A DNA stretch of 64,000 nucleotides from Acidobacteriota bacterium (GTDB lineage: Bacteria; Acidobacteriota; UBA6911; RPQK01; JAJDTT01), in assembly GCA_965209055.1 (NCBI GenBank), contig OZ242374.1:3328001-3392000 (forward strand), read 5' to 3'. Below, in pieces: positions 56,574 to 64,000 of this stretch. Numbering within the stretch: position 1 is the first letter of the stretch; each line of letters opens with the position of its first letter. The position numbers and the translations under genes were made by a program. The notes below the pieces were generated by a model. It had not been told where the DNA came from and did no database searches. It worked only from the letters and a program-made list of their open reading frames with translations.

Positions 56574-58898
56574 ATGGACAAGCGAGGCCTCTCAGAGCGT
56601 GACATCTGCACGAAGTTCATCACGCCCGCTCTGCGCAACGCCGGGTGGGACGAGATGTTGCAGATTCGCGAAGAGGTGAGCTTCACCCAGGGCCGGATCA
56701 TCGTGCGGGGCAAGCTGGTCGCACGCGGCAAGGGGAAACGCGCCGACTACATCCTTTATCTCAAGCCAAACATCCCGATCGCCGTGATCGAGGCGAAGGA
56801 CAATTCCCACAGCCTCGGCGACGGCATGCAGCAGGCTCTGGATTACGCCGAGATCCTGAACGTTCCCTTCGCGTTCTCTTCGAACGGCGACGGCTTCGTG
56901 TTCCACGACCGTACGGGGGCCAGTACACCGCTTGAGTCGGACCTTTCTCTTGAAGACTTTCCGTCACCCGCCGATCTGTGGGCGCGCTATCGGGCCTGGA
57001 AGGGCCTGACGCCGGAAGCCGAGGAGATCGTCCTTCAAGACTATTTCGAAGACGGCAGCGGCAAGACGCCGCGCTACTACCAAGTCAATGCCATCAACGC
57101 GACAATCGAGGCCATCGCCAAGGGGCAGAACCGTATCCTGCTCGTCATGGCCACGGGCACGGGCAAGACCTATACCGCCTTCCAGATCATCTGGAGGCTA
57201 TGGAAGGCGCGCCGCAAGAGACGCATCCTGTTTCTCGCCGACCGCAACGTGCTCGTCGATCAGACGATGACGAACGATTTCCGCCCGTTCGGCGGCACAA
57301 TGACCAAGCTCTCGCGCCGGATCGACCCGGCGTACGAGGTCTATCTCGGCCTCTATCAGGCAATCACCGGACCGGAGGAACGCCAGAAGACGTACCGAAA
57401 GTTCTCACCGGAGTTCTTCGATCTGATCGTGATCGACGAATGTCACCGGGGCAGTGCTGCCGACGATTCGGCGTGGCGCGAGATCCTTGAGTACTTCTCT
57501 GCCGCAACCCAGATCGGTCTCACCGCCACGCCGAAGGAGACGAAGTACGTCTCCAACATCGCCTATTTCGGGGAGCCGGTCTTCACTTACTCCTTGAAGC
57601 AGGGCATCAACGACGGTTTCCTCGCGCCCTACAAGGTGGTCAAGGTCCATATCGATCGGGACGTGGAGGGCTACCGCCCAGAGAAGGGAAAGGTCGACCG
57701 CGTCGGCGAGCCAGTTGAGGATCGCGTTTACAACTTGATGGACTTCGACCGAACTCTGGTCATCGACGAACGGACGACACTCGTCGCGCAGAAGGTCACG
57801 GCTTTCCTGAAGGAGAGTGGCGATCGTTTCCAGAAGGCGATCATCTTTTGCGTCGATCAAGAGCACGCCGCGCGGATGCGTCAGGCGCTGATCAACGAGA
57901 ACGCGGATCTCGTCGAGGGCAACTCACGTTACGTCATGCGGATCACCGGTGGAGATACTTTGGGACAGGCCGAACTCGGGAACTTCATCGATCCGGAATC
58001 GAAATACCCCGTCCTGGTCACCACATCGCGCCTGCTGTCCACCGGCGTCGACGTCCAGACTTGCCGGTTGATCGTGCTCGACCGAGCAGTGGGGTCGATG
58101 ACCGAGTTCAAGCAGATCGTCGGCCGCGGTACCCGCGTGCACGAAGACACACGAAAGTTCTACTTCACGCTCATCGACTTCCGGGGGGCCACGGGTCATT
58201 TCGCGGACCCGGACTTCGACGGCGAGCCGGTCCAGATTTACAGGCCGGAGGAAGACGGTCCGATCGCGCCACCCGATGGGCCGGATCCCGGCCCGAACGG
58301 GAACGGCGACGTAGATCCACCGCCGGGGCCACAGAAGAAAATCTATGTCGATGGCGTCGAAGTGGCCATCGTCGCTGCCCGGGTGCAATACCTCGACGGG
58401 CACGGCAAGCTGGTGACGGAGTCGTTGCGTGATTTCACGAGGAAAGCCCTGCGCCGGCGCTTCGCGAGCCTTGACGACTTCCTGAACCGTTGGAACGCCG
58501 CAGAGCGCAAGCAGGCAATCATTGATGAGATGGAGGCCGAGGGCCTGCCGCTGACCGTGATCGCCGAAGAGTTGGGCAAGGATCTCGACCCCTTCGATCT
58601 CGTCTGTCACATCGCCTTTGACGCCAAACCGCTGACCCGCCGCGAGCGGGCCGAGAATGTCAAGAAGCGGGACGTGTTCGCGAAATACGGAGGTCAGGCC
58701 CGCGCTGTGCTCGATGCGTTGCTCGACAAGTACGCGGACGAGGGCATTCTCAATCTCGACGACGCCAACGTCCTTAGAATCCCGCCACTCGACCGACTCG
58801 GTACACCGTTGGAACTGGTCCGCGCCTTTGGCGGGAAGCCCGGTTTCGAGCGGGCCGTGCACGATGTTCAATCCGCCCTCTATCGCGAGATCGCCTAA
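56574..58898 (+). CDS. hsdR: Type I restriction endonuclease subunit R (EcoAI/EcoEI-like, type IB)
   Basis: [22 protein letters not shown] nuclease, [20 protein letters not shown] and QIVGRGTR motifs. Confidence 0.95.
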   Translation: MDKRGLSERDICTKFITPALRNAGWDEMLQIREEVSFTQGRIIVRGKLVARGKGKRADYILYLKPNIPIAVIEAKDNSHSLGDGMQQALDYAEILNVPFAFSSNGDGFVFHDRTGASTPLESDLSLEDFPSPADLWARYRAWKGLTPEAEEIVLQDYFEDGSGKTPRYYQVNAINATIEAIAKGQNRILLVMATGTGKTYTAFQIIWRLWKARRKRRILFLADRNVLVDQTMTNDFRPFGGTMTKLSRRIDPAYEVYLGLYQAITGPEERQKTYRKFSPEFFDLIVIDECHRGSAADDSAWREILEYFSAATQIGLTATPKETKYVSNIAYFGEPVFTYSLKQGINDGFLAPYKVVKVHIDRDVEGYRPEKGKVDRVGEPVEDRVYNLMDFDRTLVIDERTTLVAQKVTAFLKESGDRFQKAIIFCVDQEHAARMRQALINENADLVEGNSRYVMRITGGDTLGQAELGNFIDPESKYPVLVTTSRLLSTGVDVQTCRLIVLDRAVGSMTEFKQIVGRGTRVHEDTRKFYFTLIDFRGATGHFADPDFDGEPVQIYRPEEDGPIAPPDGPDPGPNGNGDVDPPPGPQKKIYVDGVEVAIVAARVQYLDGHGKLVTESLRDFTRKALRRRFASLDDFLNRWNAAERKQAIIDEMEAEGLPLTVIAEELGKDLDPFDLVCHIAFDAKPLTRRERAENVKKRDVFAKYGGQARAVLDALLDKYADEGILNLDDANVLRIPPLDRLGTPLELVRAFGGKPGFERAVHDVQSALYREIA

Positions 58899-58901
58899 GA
58901 G

Positions 58902-60353
58902 ATGTCCGTCAGCACGCTCGTCAAGTCGATTCAGAACATCATGCGCCAGGACGTGGGCGTCGATGGCGATGCGCAGCGCATCAGTCAACTGTGCTGGATG
59001 TTCTTCCTCAAGATCATCGACGATCAGGACCAGGAGCTCGAAGTTCTAAAGGACGGATACCGTTCGCCCGTACCTGACCCATTGCAATGGCGGAGTTGGG
59101 CCGGCGACCCGGAAGGCATCACAGGCGAGGAGTTGCTCGACTTCGTCAACGGCGATCTCTTTCCGAAGCTGAAGGAACTTCCGCGCAGGGCCGGCCCTCG
59201 CGCCAGCGTCGTGCGCGACGTGTTCGAGGACGCCTACAACTACATGAAGTCCGGCCCGCTGCTGCGGCAGGTTGTCAACAAGATCAACGGAATCGACTTC
59301 AACAACCTGACCGACCGGCGGCACTTCGGCGATATCTACGAGCAAGTCTTGAACGATCTGCAATCGGCCGGCAATGCGGGCGAATACTACACGCCACGCG
59401 CCGTGACCTCGTTCATGGCCCAAATGATCGACCCGAAACCGGGCGAGACCCTGCTCGATCCGGCGTGCGGCACTGGCGGGTTCCTCACCTGCGCCATCCG
59501 TCATATGCACGAACGCTACGTGAAGCGGACCGAAGATGAGGCAAGGATGCAGGCCTCCCTGCGGGCCATGGAGAAGAAGCCACTCCCCCACATGCTCGCC
59601 GTCACGAATATGCTCCTGCACGGCATCGAAGATCCGTCGTTTCTGCGCCACGACAACACACTGGCGCGCCCCTACATCTCTTGGGGCCGGGACGACCGCG
59701 TGGACATCGTGTTGACCAATCCGCCGTTCGGTGGCAAGGAGGAGGACGGCATCGAATCGAACTTCCCGAAGCACTTCCAGACGCGCGAGACGGCTGACCT
59801 GTTTCTCGCCCTGATCGTCCGACTTCTGAAACCCGGCGGCAGGGCTGCCGTGGTCCTACCCGACGGCTCCTTGTTCGGCGAGGGTGTCAAGACGCGGCTC
59901 AAAGAGCACTTGATGAGGGAATGCAACCTTCACACCATTGTGCGCCTGCCGAACTCGGTGTTCTGTCCCTACGCTTCGATCGGGACGAACTTGCTGTTCT
60001 TCGAGAAAGGCGAACCGACCAAGGATGTCTGGTTCTGGGAACACCTCGTACCTGAGGGCCAAAAGGCCTATTCAAAGACCAGACCCATCCGGCTGGAGCA
60101 TCTTGAGGACTGTGCCGCTTGGTGGGGCGGGGCGGAACGTAAGAGCCGCGAGGAAGGTGAACGAGCTTGGAAGGTGACTGCCGAGGAGATCGCTACGCGC
60201 GGCTACAACCTCGACATCAAGAATCCTCATACCGAAGAAGAGGACCTTGGCGATCCCGAGATGCTACTGGAGGAGCTGACGCGTGCCGAGGCCGAGGTGA
60301 ACTCAGTGCGAGACCAGTTGAAGGGAATCCTGACAGAGGCGCTGTCACGGTGA
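58902..60353 (+). CDS. hsdM: Type I RM N6-adenine methyltransferase subunit M
   Basis: GEYYTPR, DPACGTGGFL and NPPF motifs. Confidence 0.96.
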   Translation: MSVSTLVKSIQNIMRQDVGVDGDAQRISQLCWMFFLKIIDDQDQELEVLKDGYRSPVPDPLQWRSWAGDPEGITGEELLDFVNGDLFPKLKELPRRAGPRASVVRDVFEDAYNYMKSGPLLRQVVNKINGIDFNNLTDRRHFGDIYEQVLNDLQSAGNAGEYYTPRAVTSFMAQMIDPKPGETLLDPACGTGGFLTCAIRHMHERYVKRTEDEARMQASLRAMEKKPLPHMLAVTNMLLHGIEDPSFLRHDNTLARPYISWGRDDRVDIVLTNPPFGGKEEDGIESNFPKHFQTRETADLFLALIVRLLKPGGRAAVVLPDGSLFGEGVKTRLKEHLMRECNLHTIVRLPNSVFCPYASIGTNLLFFEKGEPTKDVWFWEHLVPEGQKAYSKTRPIRLEHLEDCAAWWGGAERKSREEGERAWKVTAEEIATRGYNLDIKNPHTEEEDLGDPEMLLEELTRAEAEVNSVRDQLKGILTEALSR

Positions 60354-62089
60354 ATGCTGACCGCCTATTCGCCCTATACGACCGCGTAGCCGAGGCACCG
60401 GACGCCATTGGACGTCTGCGCCGCTTCGTGCTGGATCTCGCCTTGCGGGGAAAGCTTGTGGAGCAGGATCCGGCAGATGAACCGGCATTGGGACTGCTGA
60501 ACCGGATTGATGAGGCGAATGATCCACTGGCAGGATTCAACCGGGCTAAAAAATCACGAGCACTACCACCGATAAACCCGAGGGAGGTCCCTTTCGAGTT
60601 ACCATCAGCCTGGCAATGGGTGTATTTCGGGAACATCGTCGATTTTTCCGCAGGCCGGACGCCCCCACGGAAAGAACCATCGTATTGGAATACCGGTGAT
60701 TTCCCATGGATCAGCATCGCCGACATGGAGGACGGAAAGACCCTTCGATCTACGAAGGAGACTGTGAGCACCGAGGCCCGTCTCAACGTCTTTAAGCGTG
60801 AGCCGGAGCCACCCGGCACAATGATCATGAGCTTTAAGCTCACAATTGGAAAGATCGCCAAGCTGGGCATCTCCGCGTTTCATAACGAGGCAATTATTTC
60901 CATTCGGCCACATGTCGGTGACCTAAACTCCTACCTATTCAAGGTTCTACCTGATCTTGCACGGGGCGCCAATACCAAAGGAGCAATCAAGGGCGCAACG
61001 CTTAACCGTAAGTCACTTTTGACCATAATGGTCCCGCTCCCGCCTCTCGCTGAGCAGTGCCGCATCGTTGCCAAGGTCGATGAACTCTTGGCGGTTTGCG
61101 ACCAGTTGGAGAAAGCACGCACCGCGCGGGAGGACACCCGCGACCGGCTCACCAAGGCCAGTCTTACCCGTCTAGTTGCTCCCGACATCGACGCCCCGAC
61201 GTTTCGTTCTCACGCGCGCTTTGCCGTCGATGCCCTGCCCGCACTGACCGCTCGTGCCGATCAGATCAGGCATCTACGCCAGACGATTCTTGGCCTCGCC
61301 GTGCGGGGGAAGCTGGTGGAGCAGAATCCGGCGGACGAACCGGCGGACGAAATACTGGAACGGATCGCGGCAGAAAAGGTACGACTGTTGAGGGCACGAA
61401 AGATCAGGAGACACAAATCAACTGCATCGTTGTCACGAATAGAATCGGATTTTGGACTACCGAGTGGTTGGGCGGCAGCAAGGTTCTCGGATGTCGTGAC
61501 TGAGTTACGAACCGGACCCTTCGGCAGCTCCCTTCACCGGAGTGACTATGAAAAAGGCGGAACACCCGTCATCAATCCTGCATCAATACAGGATGGGAAG
61601 ATTGTTCCTTTCGAGAATATGGCGATAGGGGACGATACTCTTGAGAGACTCGCAACGTTCAAACTCCGCGCCGGTGACATCGTGATGGGCCGTCGTGGCG
61701 AAATGGGACGCTGCGCGGTGGTAGAACAGAGCGAGGAAGGTTGGCTCTGTGGGACGGGAAGCCTGATTCTCCGTCTTTCGAATAGCCTCTATCCAAAATA
61801 CCTAGCAATGCTCATCGGATCGCCCAATTTTCGGGAAAATCTTCGAGGTCATTCTGTCGGCGCTACAATGCAGAATCTGAATCAGTCCATTCTGTTGAAG
61901 ATGAGCATTGGTCTACCACCGCTCGCCGAGCAGTACCGCATCGTTGCCAAGGTCGATGAGTTCCTAGCGCTCTGCGACCGCCTAGAGGCCCGTATCACTA
62001 CCACAGATGGCACCCGCCATCGTCTCCTCGGAGCCCTTCTGCATAATGTGCTGGCATCAAACACGAAGCCGCGTCCTCTTGGAGGCTAA
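60350..62089 (+). CDS. hsdS: Type I RM specificity subunit S
   Basis: GTGA overlap with hsdM. Two TRDs, each followed by LPPLAEQ.RIVAKVDE. Repeated LA.RGKLVEQ.PADEPA. Confidence 0.93.
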   Translation: MNADRLFALYDRVAEAPDAIGRLRRFVLDLALRGKLVEQDPADEPALGLLNRIDEANDPLAGFNRAKKSRALPPINPREVPFELPSAWQWVYFGNIVDFSAGRTPPRKEPSYWNTGDFPWISIADMEDGKTLRSTKETVSTEARLNVFKREPEPPGTMIMSFKLTIGKIAKLGISAFHNEAIISIRPHVGDLNSYLFKVLPDLARGANTKGAIKGATLNRKSLLTIMVPLPPLAEQCRIVAKVDELLAVCDQLEKARTAREDTRDRLTKASLTRLVAPDIDAPTFRSHARFAVDALPALTARADQIRHLRQTILGLAVRGKLVEQNPADEPADEILERIAAEKVRLLRARKIRRHKSTASLSRIESDFGLPSGWAAARFSDVVTELRTGPFGSSLHRSDYEKGGTPVINPASIQDGKIVPFENMAIGDDTLERLATFKLRAGDIVMGRRGEMGRCAVVEQSEEGWLCGTGSLILRLSNSLYPKYLAMLIGSPNFRENLRGHSVGATMQNLNQSILLKMSIGLPPLAEQYRIVAKVDEFLALCDRLEARITTTDGTRHRLLGALLHNVLASNTKPRPLGG

Positions 62090-62103
62090 ATGCATGCAAA
62101 TGC

Positions 62104-62415
62104 ATGGCCTACGAGGACACGGAGGGCGGACTACGACTACGGCACCAATGTGCATCACAAGCTCAAGCGGAAAGAGTTGGCCTACGCCCACCTATCGACT
62201 TCGTTGGTTACTTCAAACGGGAGAACTGCCACGCCAGAAAGGAAATCTGGAGCGAAGCCTCTCCGGACGGTCGATGGCGCGCCTACTCGCTGGAAGCCCT
62301 TCTTCGACGAGATAAGACTAGCCTCAAAGTGTTCTGCCTGAAGGACCTATCCATGACCGATCTGGAGAACCTTCGCTCTGCGCAGAGCAGCTTCGAGGCG
62401 GTGAGAGAAAATTAG
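62104..62415 (+). pseudogene. Frameshifted C-terminal relic of a second, different hsdM
   Basis: Across frames it reads YDYGTNVHHKLKRK.L / DFV....EN.HARKEIWSE..PDGRWRAYSLE.LLRRDKTSL..F.LKD.S.TDLENL, resembling HsdM C-termini. Confidence 0.6.
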
Positions 62416-62470
62416 GATCGCGCAATGCGCTGCTGGATGGATGGCACCCTTCCCTGACACACCGAACGTG

Positions 62471-63025
62471 TCAGGTTATCGATGTTGGTGGAACACGCTG
62501 CGGCGGCCGGAAAGCACTCCTGAGTTGCCAGGCAATTGCCATCATGCGGTATTTACGGTTTTGGGCTCCTGGTTCGATATCCAAGTTTTGGCAGATATCG
62601 GCGTGAAAGATATTCTCGGCGATGCCGGAGTCATAGACACAGAACAGCCGTTTTCCGCCTTTCCGCAATTTCCGGACATCTTTGGTGTAGGTTGCGATGA
62701 ACTGCAAATAGCCGTTGTACCGAGGGTCGATGCATTTGCTTGACTTTAGGAGCTCGGGACTCATCAGGAGCACACGGTCAACGGAGAACCCCTTGGTTGC
62801 GGGCTCGGGGCGAAAGTACACGGGCTTCACGTGCCCGTCTGGACCGATATGGTGTTCTCTGAATAGAGTGCGCACGAGCACCTCACTATCGGCCACTGGA
62901 CCAAGCGAGTACTCACTGACGGATTCGCGTTCACAAGCGCAGTCAGGAAACCTCTCGCGGTAGCGAGCGCACTTGCAGTCGTCTTGGCCATACTCGGTCT
63001 CCAACTCCAAACAGCTGCACGACAT
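62471..63025 (-). CDS. Hypothetical protein, Cys-rich N-terminus plus possible RES/ART-like core
   Basis: Start MSCSC 13 nt after the upstream stop. Motifs EVLVR, GFSVDR, CVYD and NIFHADI. Confidence 0.6.
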   Translation of the reverse strand: MSCSCLELETEYGQDDCKCARYRERFPDCACERESVSEYSLGPVADSEVLVRTLFREHHIGPDGHVKPVYFRPEPATKGFSVDRVLLMSPELLKSSKCIDPRYNGYLQFIATYTKDVRKLRKGGKRLFCVYDSGIAENIFHADICQNLDIEPGAQNRKYRMMAIAWQLRSAFRPPQRVPPTSIT

Positions 63026-63038
63026 GACGATAGCGGAC

Positions 63039-63752
63039 TCAGGTGGGATCTTGTATGCGCAGGATTCGCAGCATGTCGTCCGGCCAAGGGTCGGTCGCAT
63101 CCACGCCGTCATTGCCGCACTTCTCAGCCACAGCTCCAGGCACTCCATGAACGGCGAAGTATGCATACGTGCCGTCGCCCTCGAAGGTCACCTCGGCGAA
63201 TACGTGTGCATGCCGGATATCCCAGTACACACCGACGTCCCCTTCGGCACCTTCCTCCGGGTAGGGCAATGGAATGTCGCCAGGCCTGCTGTCTAGGAAG
63301 GTCAAGGCGTCGTTTACCGCCTCTTGCGACGGTGCCTTAGCGCCGTCTCCGTCCCAGTTGTCATCCAATTGCGCATAGGAGACGAGTTCTTGGCGGAGCT
63401 TGGATTCGGCGTCAGAGGTGAATGAGGTCCAGCGGCCCGCCTCGCGGCTCTTTCGCGCACGGAGTGCTGTCGAGATCTTCGGCTGAGCATACCATGTCAG
63501 AGCTGATCGTCGTGAATCAACTTGGACATCTGGCTTGACGCAAGCTTCGCGGAACCGCCTCGCCCAAGAGTGCTCGGATTCTCCGGGCGTGGTCATGACG
63601 ATACAGGTACCTGGTATTGTTTCTACCAGAGTAGACAACTCCCCGACGGCAGGAGGCAAGGAACGCTCCACTAATCCATTGGTCAACGTAGATCTCCTAT
63701 CCTGCTCTTGGACCCGTCTTGATCGAGGTGATTGCAGGTTTGCTCTCGCCAA
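63039..63752 (-). CDS. Hypothetical protein with LDDNWDGDGAKAP motif (start uncertain)
   Basis: C-terminal half reads L.DNWDG.GA..PS..A...A..FL...P.P....GDVGVYW...EVTF.GDG. Confidence 0.65.
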   Translation of the reverse strand: MARANLQSPRSRRVQEQDRRSTLTNGLVERSLPPAVGELSTLVETIPGTCIVMTTPGESEHSWARRFREACVKPDVQVDSRRSALTWYAQPKISTALRARKSREAGRWTSFTSDAESKLRQELVSYAQLDDNWDGDGAKAPSQEAVNDALTFLDSRPGDIPLPYPEEGAEGDVGVYWDIRHAHVFAEVTFEGDGTYAYFAVHGVPGAVAEKCGNDGVDATDPWPDDMLRILRIQDPT

Positions 63753-63999
63753 CGTCGTTCTTGTGAGTCACTTGCACGTCGTATTCAGTGTTGGGCTTGA
63801 GATCAACGAAGGAGCACATGTTAAAAGGTGTCTCGAACCCGGGACTCCACGCTTGCGTTCCTGACTCCCTGATACGAACGACGGAAGTGACTGTCGGGTT
63901 CCATTTGGCCTCGAGCGTCCGTCCGAGCTTGTCGGGTAGCAGCACAGAGATCATTTTGCCGTCCCACACAAGGCGCGGATTTTCGGAGCGGCTCGACAT
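63697..63999 (-). CDS. Fibronectin type III domain protein (possibly 5'-truncated by the window edge)
   Basis: W.P...VRIR.....W.......FVDLKPNTEYDVQVTHKNDVGES FN3 signature. Confidence 0.75.
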   Translation of the reverse strand: MSSRSENPRLVWDGKMISVLLPDKLGRTLEAKWNPTVTSVVRIRESGTQAWSPGFETPFNMCSFVDLKPNTEYDVQVTHKNDVGESKPAITSIKTGPRAG

Positions 64000-64000
64000 C

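Noticed and set aside
1-64000. CRISPR arrays, rRNA, tRNA, retron or DGR components
   Set aside because: No spaced repeat array, cas gene, reverse transcriptase or recognisable stable RNA gene seen by eye. A covariance search would be needed to exclude small RNAs.

Overview
The window has two parts. Positions 1-46100 are GC-rich housekeeping and accessory chromosome. They encode a HEPN gene at the left edge, tandem Tat-exported Gfo/Idh/MocA oxidoreductases, two DUF1549/DUF1553 (CxxCH) + DUF1501 modules, sugar/solute transporters, SDR, SMP-30, URO-D-like and M24 enzymes, and a four-paralogue FG-GAP/ASPIC-UnbV + TPR cluster. This gene content suggests an Acidobacteriota/PVC-like organism, possibly host-associated (inference only). 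From about 46150 to the end lies a nested mobile/defence island. It holds relics of an unknown ORF family next to a ~250-bp structured repeat (3 copies, covarying hairpins) and a ~9-kb P4-like integrase element bounded by a 9-bp direct repeat (TCCTAGCGG). That element appears to have integrated into the motif next to the structured repeat rather than into a tRNA. A RIT element with 90-bp inverted repeats is nested inside it. A type I RM system and an uncharacterised three-gene unit follow. Other notable signals are an ATPase + partner cassette (MAD3/MAD4-like) flanked by a 108-bp duplicated SDR 3' end, a vapB gene followed by a six-codon vapC stub, and a probable CTG start codon. All alignments and counts were done by eye, and family calls come from motif recognition, not database searches.
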